Assembly: GCA_017453685.1 (NCBI GenBank)
Contig: JAFTEL010000125.1
Location: forward strand, 5,025-69,024
Source of the DNA: Clostridia bacterium
GTDB taxonomy: Bacteria > Bacillota > Clostridia > Oscillospirales > Acutalibacteraceae
DNA length: 64,000 bases
Reading direction: 5' to 3'
Made by a program: the position numbers and the translations under genes
Shown: piece by piece, positions 43,689 to 52,583 of the stretch
Numbering within the stretch: the stretch's first letter is position 1
Layout: each line of letters opens with the position of its first letter
The notes under the pieces: generated by a model
The model's database searches: none
What the model saw: only the letters and a program-made list of their open reading frames with translations
What the model was told of the DNA's origin: nothing

Positions 43689-44318
43689 TTATTTAGCGGG
43701 AGCATAAAGTTTTTCCTGCTCCGTCGGGGTCACTTTGCCGAGGCTCGCGTCAAAGACGGCGGCGCAGAAGCTCTCATACAGCCCCTGCGGGATGGTGAAG
43801 CCGACCGTCACCCTGTCGGTGAAATCCGTGTTTTCGATCGTGCCGCCCGCCTCGGGGATCATGGCGGACAATTTGCCGTAAAAGCCGTAGTCACAGGAAC
43901 ACGAGGCGCGCACGCAAAGCGCCATTTTGATCTTCTGCGCCGCGTCGACGCCGAGCTTGGCGGAATGGGAATAGGCGCGCACCAGCCCGCCGCCGCCCAG
44001 CAGGATGCCGCCGAAATAGCGCGTGACCACCACGCAGCAGTCGGACAGCTCCTCTTTGAGCAGCACGTCGAGCACAGGCATACCGGCCGTACCCTGCGGC
44101 TCGCCGTCGTCGGAATAGCGCTTGATCTGACCGTCGCGCAGCACGTAGGCGTAGACGTTGTGCGTAGCGTCCCAGTGTTTGGCGCGGATCCTGTTGATGA
44201 AAGCGACCGCTTCCTCCTGCGTCTGAACCGGCAGCGCGTAGCTGATGAACCGCGAATGCTTCACGACGTATTCATCGTCTGCTTCCTGTTTTAACGTGTA
44301 GTATTCGTCCATACTCAT
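43689..44318 (-). CDS. yigZ: YigZ/IMPACT-family protein
   Basis: 'KHSRFISYA', 'KHWDATHNVYAYV' and 'SDDGEPQGTAGMP'. Start trimmed to the ATG at 44318, with GAGGTG 7 nt upstream. Confidence 0.8.
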   Translation of the reverse strand: MSMDEYYTLKQEADDEYVVKHSRFISYALPVQTQEEAVAFINRIRAKHWDATHNVYAYVLRDGQIKRYSDDGEPQGTAGMPVLDVLLKEELSDCCVVVTRYFGGILLGGGGLVRAYSHSAKLGVDAAQKIKMALCVRASCSCDYGFYGKLSAMIPEAGGTIENTDFTDRVTVGFTIPQGLYESFCAAVFDASLGKVTPTEQEKLYAPAK

Positions 44319-44519
44319 GCTTTGCACCTCAAATGAATCCGGAACCAAGTAAGCGTCGATTTGATTGGAAGTGTGCGGATTGGCGAGAGAGTTTTTCGCC
44401 AGATACAGCAAAAAACGCAGGCAATACTTGGTGTATTAACGAGTATTTTTGTGAAATATGGCGGAAAACAATCCGCCAGGATGCGCGCTTCCGATTGAAT
44501 CGGCGTTTACAAAATGAAA

Positions 44520-44545
44520 TGAAAAGGCGGTGCTCAAGCACCGCC
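44520..44545 (-). terminator. Terminator after rpmE
   Basis: GGCGGTGC-tcaa-GCACCGCC with a T-run on the minus strand. Confidence 0.7.
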
Positions 44546-44556
44546 TGATAAGCGCA

Positions 44557-44763
44557 TTATTTGCTTTCGAGGTTGTAACGCTTTTTGAATCTGTCAACAC
44601 GGCCGCCGGTATCGACAAGCTTCTGCTTGCCGGTGAAGAACGGATGGCACTTGGAGCAAATATCAACGCGAAGGTTCGGCTTAGTCGAAGAAGTCTCGAA
44701 CTCAGCCCCGCACGCGCAACGGATCACGGTTTTCTCGTATTTCGGATGAAGTCCCTGTTTCAT
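44557..44763 (-). CDS. rpmE: 50S ribosomal protein L31 (Zn-binding type)
   Basis: 'MKQGLHPKY...CACG...[13 protein letters not shown]'. Start at the ATG at 44763, with GAGGTG upstream. Confidence 0.93.
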   Translation of the reverse strand: MKQGLHPKYEKTVIRCACGAEFETSSTKPNLRVDICSKCHPFFTGKQKLVDTGGRVDRFKKRYNLESK

Positions 44764-44807
44764 TTCTTTTTTCACCTCTCACTCGGGAATCTACAATAGC
44801 ACGGGAT

Positions 44808-44836
44808 ATCATAACACAATCATTTCGGAATTGCAA
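44808..44836 (-). promoter_or_regulatory. Promoter of rpmE
   Basis: Minus strand reads TTGCAA (44836-44831), 17-nt spacer, extended -10 TGtTATGAT (-10 at 44813-44808). Confidence 0.55.
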
Positions 44837-44853
44837 GCATTATTTCAAAAAAT

Positions 44854-45663
44854 TTAACCGTTTTTTTCTCGTTCTGCCTCAATGCCGCTCAAAAGCGCGT
44901 CGAACTGCCGCGCGGCGCGGGCGATCTCGTCCTCATGACCGTAGCAATCGCGATAAAGCTCGATGATATAGTTGCCGTCGTAGCCGACCTGCCGCAGGGC
45001 TTTTACGAACGGCTCAAATGCGAAATGACCTGTGAACGGCACGGCGCAGTCCTGCCCGTCGTGATAATCGCTGACGTGAACGTTGACGATGTGCCTGCCC
45101 AGCAGGCGGATGAATTCGTAGGGGTCCTCCCCCGCGCGGCGGCACTGCTTGATATCCAACGTCATGGCGAAATCGGAGCCGACGTAGTCAGCAAGGGCTT
45201 TCATGAACCGCGGCGACTGGCAGCGTTTGCGCACCACGTTCTCGTGCGTGACCTTCACGCCGTAGGGCTCCGCCGCCCGATGAAGCTGCGCGTAGCGGTC
45301 GAAATAGACCTCGTTGTCGGCAAACGCGTCGGTATTGCCGCCGTGAAAGACCAGCATCTTTGCGCCGATGACGTTGCAGAACTCAAAGTAGCGGCGATAA
45401 AACTCGATCAGCTCGCCGACGCGGCGCTCGTAGGGGCCGAACAGCATGTAGGATTCGAGGAACGAGGTGTACGGATGCAGCGACCTGATCTGCAGATTGT
45501 ACTTTTGGATGACCGAAAAGACGCGGTCAAAGTGTTCCCCGTGCATCTCGCTGCCGCAGTTGATGAACAGTTCCACGTTGCGAAAGCCCAGCTTTCCGCA
45601 GTGTTCCAGCGCCTGTTCGGTTTCCAGCGGGTAATAGCACGCGCTGGAGACGCCCGTTCTCAT
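44854..45663 (-). CDS. Sugar phosphate isomerase/epimerase (xylose-isomerase-like TIM barrel)
   Basis: 'GFRNVELF', 'MLVFHGG', 'THENV' and 'HVSD' metal and active-site pattern. 269 aa. Confidence 0.8.
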   Translation of the reverse strand: MRTGVSSACYYPLETEQALEHCGKLGFRNVELFINCGSEMHGEHFDRVFSVIQKYNLQIRSLHPYTSFLESYMLFGPYERRVGELIEFYRRYFEFCNVIGAKMLVFHGGNTDAFADNEVYFDRYAQLHRAAEPYGVKVTHENVVRKRCQSPRFMKALADYVGSDFAMTLDIKQCRRAGEDPYEFIRLLGRHIVNVHVSDYHDGQDCAVPFTGHFAFEPFVKALRQVGYDGNYIIELYRDCYGHEDEIARAARQFDALLSGIEAEREKNG

Positions 45664-45737
45664 TCGCTCCCCTCCTTTGCCAACATTTTGCCTTTGCGTT
45701 TTGACTGTGCCTATATTACCATAGGTGCGGTGATAAA

Positions 45738-45992
45738 ATGAAGGCTTTTTCGGAATTTTTCAAAAAATTAACAAACCACACCAAGCTCTTTCTCCTCTTT
45801 TCGCTGCTTTTGCTGGCGGTCGTTTTCTTTGTTTCCGCCTGCTTGTTCCTTCTTTCTCAGCGGTGCGAAACTTATTATGTTTTGGAGGAATACGCCGACG
45901 CGCTGCTGCTCTGCCTGCGCCCGTGCTGCGCCGTGCTGGGCGTGGGCGCGATCGCGCTGCAATGGCTGGAAACGCGGGAGCAACCGTCGTGA
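45738..45992 (+). CDS. Small hypothetical membrane protein
   Basis: 84 aa with two hydrophobic helices. No family recognised. Supported only by ORF context and hydrophobicity. Confidence 0.4.
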   Translation: MKAFSEFFKKLTNHTKLFLLFSLLLLAVVFFVSACLFLLSQRCETYYVLEEYADALLLCLRPCCAVLGVGAIALQWLETREQPS

Positions 45993-46061
45993 AGCCTTGA
46001 CTTCGCGCTCAAAAAGGAATAAAATATCATTGTAAAAAGCACGCGAAAAGAGGAACAGCTC

Positions 46062-46790
46062 ATGGTCGAAAGCACAAAGGATTACGGAAAGCTCGTCAAA
46101 GCCCTGCAAATCATCACGGGCGTATTCATGCTGATCATGGTCGGCGTCGGCATCTATCTCATTCAGAAATACAACATCAAAATGTCGAACATCAAAAACC
46201 TCAGCGCCATGCTCACCGGCGGCACGCTCGCCGTGGCGGGCATCATCATCGGCGTTTCCGTTGTGAAATCCTTTGCGCTCGTCTTCCCGCCCGCCGGTAT
46301 CTTCTCGGTCTGCGCCTACGTCATGCCGAATTATTTCACGGCGCTGGTCGTCAACCTCATCTCCGTCGCGCTGAGTCTGGTGATCCCCTATTTTCTCGGG
46401 CGCTTCACCGGCGCGGGCATGGTGGAAACGCTGACAAAGCGCTTCAAGGCGGTCAAAAAGGTGGAAGATTTCGCGGGGACGAACGAGATCGCGCTCACGG
46501 CGGTGTTCAAATTTGCCGGATTGCTGCCGGGCGACCTGTCCAGCCTGCTGTTTGGCGCCATGAACATTTCCTTCAAAAACTATATGATCGGCGCTTTTCT
46601 GGGCAACCTGCCGCTGGTGGTCGTCTACACCCTGTTCGGCACCGTGCTCAAAAACGTCGGCGAACAGCCCTGGGTCGTCGCGATCCCGATCGTGATCATC
46701 GTGCTGTTTCTGCTCATTGCCGCCGCGATCACCAAAAAGATGGTGGACAAAAACAAAAAAGAAGCGGTCGAAACCGCCGAACAAAACTAA
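46062..46790 (+). CDS. TVP38/TMEM64 (DedA-related) family membrane protein
   Basis: 'LVIPYFLGRF.G' and 'FKFAGLLPGDLSSLLFGA..I.F..Y..G.FLG.LP'. Confidence 0.8.
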   Translation: MVESTKDYGKLVKALQIITGVFMLIMVGVGIYLIQKYNIKMSNIKNLSAMLTGGTLAVAGIIIGVSVVKSFALVFPPAGIFSVCAYVMPNYFTALVVNLISVALSLVIPYFLGRFTGAGMVETLTKRFKAVKKVEDFAGTNEIALTAVFKFAGLLPGDLSSLLFGAMNISFKNYMIGAFLGNLPLVVVYTLFGTVLKNVGEQPWVVAIPIVIIVLFLLIAAAITKKMVDKNKKEAVETAEQN

Positions 46791-46870
46791 ATCTTGCATT
46801 TATCCCCGATTCGCTATATAATATTTAAAGAACACAATCTGTTTTTTAACCTCGGAAAGGAGGGGCTTTC

Positions 46871-48562
46871 GTGATGAGTAAAAAACTGCTTGCTGTTTTT
46901 CTGGTGATCGTCCTTGCTGTTTTCAGCGTTCCCGTCACCGCTTTGCGCGCGCAGGCGGCCGCCGCTCCTGTTTCGCAGAGCTCCGACCGACCGGTCGCCG
47001 ATTTTGACGCGGTTCTGAACGACTGCGCCGCTTTGCTGCAAACCATCGCCGCGAAGATCGGCAGCGACAAAACCCTTGTCCGCTCGTTCACCGATTTCTT
47101 CAAGGGCTGCTGGGATTCCTTCTTATCCCTGTTCAAAAAGCAACGGGATCCCTCGAACGGAACAAAAGTGTCCGATCCGCTGGACTGCATCGGCACGCTG
47201 CTCTACGCCTGCGATGAAAACGCCGAGGGCGTTATCACGATCCCCGTCGGGATCATCACCATCGGCGAAGCGTCCTTTTTGAATTGCAGCAGGATCACGG
47301 GCGTTATTATCCCGAACACCGTGAAAACCATTGAGAAAAACGCCTTTTTCGGCTGTTCCAGCCTGACCGCGGTCAACATGCCCGACAGCGTGACTTTCGT
47401 GGGCGCGGGCGCGTTCACCGCCTGCTCCTCCCTGACCGACGTCACCATTTCCAACAACGTCAGAAGCCTGCCGGACGACGCGTTCACGAGCTGCCCGCTC
47501 AAGCACGTGAACACGGGCAACGGGTTGAGAACGATCCCCAAAACCTTAGTGAATCCCGCCACGCTGGAAACCATCACGATCGGCAGCGGTGTGACGAGCA
47601 TCGACGATCACACGTTTGCCTCCTGCGGCAATCTGACCGACGTTGTGATTGCGGGCAATATCACCTCGATCGGCGACAGCGCGTTTTACAACTGCAAGAG
47701 TCTGGAAAACGTGAACATCCCGGGTTCAGTCAAGCATATCGGCAACGGCGCGTTTTACGGCTGCACCGATCTGATGAGCATCACCATCCCCGACAGCGTG
47801 GAATCCGTCGGCGAACAGGCGTTTTTCAACACGGGCTTTTATAACAACGAATCTAACTGGGAAAACGGCGTGCTCTACATGGCGAAACGTCTGATCAAGG
47901 CGAAAAAAGACGTTGTAGAAAACACCTACACGGTCAAATCGGGCACCGTTTTCATTGACGGCGGCGCGTTTGCCAACTGCGATAAGCTCACCGCTGTTGA
48001 GATCCCCTACGGGGTCAAAAGCATCGGCAACCACGCCTTTTTCGGCTGCAGCGGTCTGACAAGTCTTGAAATTCCGTCCAGCGTCACCAACGTGGAAAAC
48101 AGCGCCTTTGCCAACTGCAAGAGCCTGACGGGCGTCGTTCTGCCGCAGAGTATGACCGTCATCGATTATCACCTGTTCTACGGCTGCACGGCTTTGGAGC
48201 AGATCGACATTCCCAGCGGCGTGACGGCGATCGGCGACTGCGCGTTCTATCGGTGCTCTTCGCTGAAAAGCATCGTGATCCCGGGCAGCGTAAAAGCCAT
48301 CGGACACGACGCGTTCCTGAACTGCTCCGCGCTGGAGAGCGTGACCCTGCCCGACGGGCTTTTGTCGATCGGTGACTTCGCCTTCTACGGCTGCAAAAAG
48401 ATCAGAAGCCTCACCGTGCCGAGCACGGTCACTGCCATGGGGCACGGCGTGTTCAACGGCTGGTCGAGCGCGCAGACCGTGATCCTCAGCGCCAACGTCA
48501 ACACGGCGAACTGGGACCCCGCCTGGCGTCAGGATTGTTCCGCCAAAATCGAAACAAGATAA
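46871..48562 (+). CDS. Secreted BspA-type leucine-rich-repeat (LRR_5) surface protein
   Basis: Signal peptide 'LAVFLVIVLAVFSVPVTALRAQAAA'. At least 12 repeats of 'IP.SV..IG..AF..C..L..V'. ATG at 46874 is an alternative start. Confidence 0.8.
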   Translation: MMSKKLLAVFLVIVLAVFSVPVTALRAQAAAAPVSQSSDRPVADFDAVLNDCAALLQTIAAKIGSDKTLVRSFTDFFKGCWDSFLSLFKKQRDPSNGTKVSDPLDCIGTLLYACDENAEGVITIPVGIITIGEASFLNCSRITGVIIPNTVKTIEKNAFFGCSSLTAVNMPDSVTFVGAGAFTACSSLTDVTISNNVRSLPDDAFTSCPLKHVNTGNGLRTIPKTLVNPATLETITIGSGVTSIDDHTFASCGNLTDVVIAGNITSIGDSAFYNCKSLENVNIPGSVKHIGNGAFYGCTDLMSITIPDSVESVGEQAFFNTGFYNNESNWENGVLYMAKRLIKAKKDVVENTYTVKSGTVFIDGGAFANCDKLTAVEIPYGVKSIGNHAFFGCSGLTSLEIPSSVTNVENSAFANCKSLTGVVLPQSMTVIDYHLFYGCTALEQIDIPSGVTAIGDCAFYRCSSLKSIVIPGSVKAIGHDAFLNCSALESVTLPDGLLSIGDFAFYGCKKIRSLTVPSTVTAMGHGVFNGWSSAQTVILSANVNTANWDPAWRQDCSAKIETR

Positions 48563-48581
48563 AATCACTTTCATTCCTTTC

Positions 48582-48613
48582 AAAAGCCCGAGACCTCGGG
48601 CTTTTGTTTTTTT
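48582..48613 (+). terminator. Terminator after the LRR gene
   Basis: AAAAGCCCGA-gacc-TCGGGCTTTT followed by a T-run. Confidence 0.75.
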
Positions 48614-48685
48614 GGCACAATACGGTTGTTTTTTACAGAATTAGTGTTATAATATGATGAAATAACCTTTTAAGGAGGAAAGATC

Positions 48686-50611
48686 ATGTCCCAAAAACCC
48701 TATTACATCACGACTGCCATCGCTTACACGTCGCGCAAGCCCCACGTCGGCAACTCTTACGAGATCGTTCTCACCGACGCCATCGCGCGGTTTAAGCGAA
48801 TGCAGGGCTATGACGTGTTTTTCCTCACCGGCACCGACGAACACGGTCAGAAGATCGAAAACTACGCCAAAGAAGCCGGCGTGACCCCCAAGGAATACGT
48901 TGACAAGGTCGCGGGTGAGATCCGCGCGATCTGCGACGCGCTGAACACCACCTATGACAAATTCATCCGCACCACCGACGATTATCACGAAAAGTGTGTG
49001 CAGAAGATTTTCAAGAAGCTCTACGATCAGGGCGACATCTACAAAGGCGCCTACGAAGGGCTGTACTGCGTGCCGTGCGAGAGCTTTTTCACCGAGTCGC
49101 AATTGGTCGACGGCAAGTGCCCCGACTGCGGGCGCGAGGTCGTTCCCGCCAAGGAGGAGGCGTATTTCCTGCGCCTTTCCAAGTATCAGAAGCAGCTGGA
49201 AGACTACATTGAAGCCAACCCCGACTTCATCTACCCCGAAAGCCGCAAGAAGGAAATGCTCAACAACTTCATCAAGCCCGGTCTGCAGGATCTCTGCGTG
49301 TCCCGCACCTCGTTCAAATGGGGCATTCCCGTAACCTTTGACAATAACCACGTGATCTACGTCTGGATCGACGCGCTGTCCAACTACATCACCGCGCTGG
49401 GCTACGATCCCGACGGCAGCGGCGAAAACTACAAAAAATACTGGCCTGCCGACGTACACATCATCGGCAAGGATATCGTGCGCTTCCACACCATCTACTG
49501 GCCGATCATGCTCATGGCGCTGGGCGAGCCCCTGCCCAAGCAGGTCTACGGTCACCCGTGGCTGCTCATCGGCTCGGACAAAATGTCCAAATCCCGCGGC
49601 AACGTAATCTATGCCGACGATCTGATCGCCAAATTCGGCGTGGACGCCGTGCGCTACTATCTGCTTTCCGAAATCCCGCACGCCGCCGACGGCTCGCTGA
49701 CGTATGAGACCATGATCGAGCGGTACAATTCCGATCTGGCGAACACGCTGGGCAATCTGGTCAACCGCACGGTCGCCATGGTGAAGAAATACTTTGACGG
49801 CGTTCTGCCCGCCCCGACCGTTTCGGAAGAGGTGGACGAAAAGCTGAAAGCCGTTGCGCTCGAATCCGTCGGCAAATGCGCCGCGAAGATGGACAGCTTC
49901 TGCATCAGCGACGCGGTGAACGAAGTGATGCAGCTGGCCAAGGCTTCCAACAAATACATCGACGAGACGATGCCCTGGGCGCTGGCAAAGGACGAAGCGA
50001 AGAAAGACCGCCTCGGCACGGTCATGTATAACCTGGTTGAAGCCATCCGCTTCCTCGCCGTTCAGCTCAAGCCCTATACGCCCGACACCGCCGCGAAGAT
50101 TTTTGAGCAGATCAACTGCCCGATCGACAGCTACGAGAGCCTGTCCGCCTTCGGCGCCATCCCCGCCGGCACGGTTCTGGGCGAAGCGACGCCCCTGTTC
50201 AACCGCATCGACGCAGCCGCCATGCTCGCCGAGATCGAAGCGGAGATCGCCGCCAAGGCCGAGCCGGAAGAACCCGAGATCGAATTCGCGCCGGAGATCA
50301 CGTTCGACGACTTCATGAAAGCCGATCTGCGCGTGGCGAAGGTCGTGGACTGCAAGCCCATCAAGCGCGCGAAAAAGCTGCTGGAGCTGACGCTGGACGA
50401 TGGCTCCAAAACCCCGCGCACCGTGGCCAGCGGCATTGCCCAATGGTATAAGCCCGAAGACCTGATCGGTCACAACGTGATCGTGGTCGCCAACCTCAAG
50501 CCCGCCGTGCTCTGCGGCGTGGAGAGCCGCGGCATGATCCTTGCCGGCGGCGAGGACGACGTGAAAGTGGTTTTCGTCGACGATCAGGAACCCGGCACAA
50601 GGGTAAGATAA
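48686..50611 (+). CDS. metG: Methionine--tRNA ligase with C-terminal tRNA-binding (EMAP/Trbp111-like) domain
   Basis: 'PHVGNSYE' (HIGH), 'KMSKSRGN' (KMSKS), the zinc knuckle 'CVPCE...CPDCG', and C-terminal 'DLRVAKV...KLLELTLD'. Confidence 0.95.
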   Translation: MSQKPYYITTAIAYTSRKPHVGNSYEIVLTDAIARFKRMQGYDVFFLTGTDEHGQKIENYAKEAGVTPKEYVDKVAGEIRAICDALNTTYDKFIRTTDDYHEKCVQKIFKKLYDQGDIYKGAYEGLYCVPCESFFTESQLVDGKCPDCGREVVPAKEEAYFLRLSKYQKQLEDYIEANPDFIYPESRKKEMLNNFIKPGLQDLCVSRTSFKWGIPVTFDNNHVIYVWIDALSNYITALGYDPDGSGENYKKYWPADVHIIGKDIVRFHTIYWPIMLMALGEPLPKQVYGHPWLLIGSDKMSKSRGNVIYADDLIAKFGVDAVRYYLLSEIPHAADGSLTYETMIERYNSDLANTLGNLVNRTVAMVKKYFDGVLPAPTVSEEVDEKLKAVALESVGKCAAKMDSFCISDAVNEVMQLAKASNKYIDETMPWALAKDEAKKDRLGTVMYNLVEAIRFLAVQLKPYTPDTAAKIFEQINCPIDSYESLSAFGAIPAGTVLGEATPLFNRIDAAAMLAEIEAEIAAKAEPEEPEIEFAPEITFDDFMKADLRVAKVVDCKPIKRAKKLLELTLDDGSKTPRTVASGIAQWYKPEDLIGHNVIVVANLKPAVLCGVESRGMILAGGEDDVKVVFVDDQEPGTRVR

Positions 50612-51376
50612 ATGCTGACGAATATTTTTGACACACACGCGCACTACGACGACGAGGATTTTGACGCCGACCGCTTTGAAACGCTCGACGAAGTGTTCCG
50701 AAACGGCGTGTGCGGCGTCATCAACTGCGGCTGCACCGTGGCGAGCAGCAAGGCGTCTCTGGCGCTGGCACATCGGATCGACGGCGTTTATGCCGCCGTG
50801 GGCATCCACCCGCAAAACGCAAGTGAAGAAACCCAAGCGTCGTTTGACGTCATCCGTCAGCTGAGCCAAGACGAAAAGGCGGTCGCCATCGGAGAGATCG
50901 GGCTGGATTATCATTATGACTACACCCCGAAGGAGATGCAGCTCGACTTTTTTGAAAAGCAGCTCATCCTCGCCAACGAGCTTGATCTGCCGGTGATCGT
51001 GCATGACCGCGAGGCACACGAGGACTGCGTGAACCTGATCATGAAGCATAAGCCGCGCGGCGTGATGCACTGCTTTTCCGGCAGTTTGGAAACCGCGAAG
51101 CAGCTGATCGGCATCGGGTTTTATATCGGCTTAGGCGGCAGCGTGACCTTCAAAAACGCCCGCAAGCCCGCCGAAGTCGCGGCAGGCATTGATCTTGACC
51201 GTATTCTGCTGGAGACCGACTGCCCGTATATGGCGCCCGTTCCCCTGCGCGGCAGGCGCAACCGTTCCGACTACATCGCCTACGTAGCGGAAAGAATCGC
51301 CGCGCTGCGCGGGATCGACCCGCAGGCGGTCGTGGACGCTGCCCGGGACAACACCAAACGCCTGTTCGGCGTATAA
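50612..51376 (+). CDS. TatD-family metal-dependent hydrolase (DNase)
   Basis: 'FDTHAHY', 'GEIGLDYHY', 'PVIVHDREAH', 'GVMHCFSG' and 'ETDCPYM'. Its start abuts the metG stop. Confidence 0.9.
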   Translation: MLTNIFDTHAHYDDEDFDADRFETLDEVFRNGVCGVINCGCTVASSKASLALAHRIDGVYAAVGIHPQNASEETQASFDVIRQLSQDEKAVAIGEIGLDYHYDYTPKEMQLDFFEKQLILANELDLPVIVHDREAHEDCVNLIMKHKPRGVMHCFSGSLETAKQLIGIGFYIGLGGSVTFKNARKPAEVAAGIDLDRILLETDCPYMAPVPLRGRRNRSDYIAYVAERIAALRGIDPQAVVDAARDNTKRLFGV

Positions 51377-51391
51377 CACAAAAAACAAAAG

Positions 51392-51426
51392 AAGCTGTGA
51401 TCTTTCTGAGAGATCACAGCTTTTTG
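51392..51426. terminator. Bidirectional terminator
   Basis: AAGCTGTGATCT-ttctgag-AGATCACAGCTT followed by TTT. Confidence 0.7.
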
Positions 51427-51645
51427 TTATTCGTCAAACAATTCGTTTTGCCTCTTCAACAGCTCGCTTCGCCGTTTTTCTTCCGCTTCGGCGTTCAAAA
51501 GGAAGCTGCCGGCTTCGTCCCGTTCCAGCACGCTGCCCTCGCGCACGCCGTCGGGCAAAATATCAAGCGGGATCGTTAAAAATTCGCCGTCCTGCGTCTC
51601 GCAAACGGCAAGGCCGCCCTCGATGCGGTCAACGTAAAGCGTCAT
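51427..51645 (-). CDS. DUF3006-like small protein
   Basis: 'VDRIEGGLAVCETQDGEFLTIPLDILPDGVREGSVL' is typical of DUF3006. 4-nt overlap with the upstream MBL gene. Confidence 0.7.
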   Translation of the reverse strand: MTLYVDRIEGGLAVCETQDGEFLTIPLDILPDGVREGSVLERDEAGSFLLNAEAEEKRRSELLKRQNELFDE

Positions 51646-52583
51646 CCTTGTTTCTCCTTCCGCAGGGTCAAGGCACCGTCCTCCGCGACGAAAAAGACGA
51701 TGCTTCCGTTTTTGTCGGTGCGCAGCAATTCAACGCCTAAACTTCTGCACAGCGCGACGGTCTCGCGGTGCGGGTGACCGTATTTGTTGTTCTCCCCGCA
51801 TTCGGCGACGGCGTACTGCGGCGCGGCGGCCGACACGAACGCCGCGGAATTGGAGGATGAACTACCGTGGTGACCGAGCTTAAGCACGTCGCACGAAACG
51901 TCAAATTGCTTTTCGAGTATCTGCTCCTCGACCGCCGTTTCGGCGTCGCCCATGAACAGAAAGCTCCTGTTTTGGTAGGTCAGCCGCAGCACGACCGACA
52001 TGTTGTTCAGTTCTTCGTCCTGTGTCATCGGCGCTAAAACGGTGAATTTGCTTTCGCCGAGCGTGTATTCCGCCAATGGCTTGGCGGCGATGACCTTTGC
52101 GCCCGATTCCTTCACCGCCGTGAGCAGCCGCTCATAAGTCGGCGCTGTCGGCGTGTTGATTTCGGACAGCTGCGGCAGAATGACGTTTTTGATTTCAAAA
52201 CTCTCCATCACCCTCGGCAGACCGCCGACGTGATCGCTGTGCGGATGGGTCGCCACCACATAGTCGATCGTTTCGATTTTCCGTCTGCGCAGATAGTCGA
52301 TCACCGTATAGGCTTCGTCGGCTTCCCCTGCGTCAATGAGCATGACCTTGCCGTGGTCGAGGATCAGCTCGCAGTCGCCCTGCCCGACGTCGATAAAATG
52401 CACCGAAAAGTCGGCTTCCTCCGCGGGTGCAAGGCCATGCAGTTCTTCCAGCACCTTGTTGACGGGAGGCAAATCGATGACGCAGAGCTCGCCGCCGAGC
52501 AAGACCAGCCCGCACAGCAGCACGATGGCAGCTGCCGCAAGGGCGAACCAACGGGCTTTACTTCTTCTTTTGGTTTCTTCCAC
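51642..52583 (-). CDS. Membrane-anchored MBL-fold metallo-hydrolase (ComEC C-terminal-domain-like)
   Basis: N-terminal TM, then 'HFIDVGQGDC', 'ATHPHSDHVGG' and 'LGHHGS'. The GTG start at 52583 is uncertain. Confidence 0.8.
   Translation of the reverse strand: MEETKRRSKARWFALAAAAIVLLCGLVLLGGELCVIDLPPVNKVLEELHGLAPAEEADFSVHFIDVGQGDCELILDHGKVMLIDAGEADEAYTVIDYLRRRKIETIDYVVATHPHSDHVGGLPRVMESFEIKNVILPQLSEINTPTAPTYERLLTAVKESGAKVIAAKPLAEYTLGESKFTVLAPMTQDEELNNMSVVLRLTYQNRSFLFMGDAETAVEEQILEKQFDVSCDVLKLGHHGSSSSNSAAFVSAAAPQYAVAECGENNKYGHPHRETVALCRSLGVELLRTDKNGSIVFFVAEDGALTLRKEKQG

Noticed and set aside
48563-48685. T-box or other leader upstream of metG.
   Set aside because: The intergenic region is only about 120 nt. 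It is already taken up by a terminator, an extended -10 promoter (TGtTATAAT) and the RBS. It is too short for a T-box, and no specifier or antiterminator structure is visible.
48647-51070. 807-aa ORF on the minus strand, the longest single ORF in this area.
   Set aside because: It is exactly antisense to metG and tatD, which carry unambiguous HIGH/KMSKS and TatD motifs. Its translation is Arg/Ala/Gly/Val/His-rich low-complexity sequence, typical of GC-rich shadow frames.
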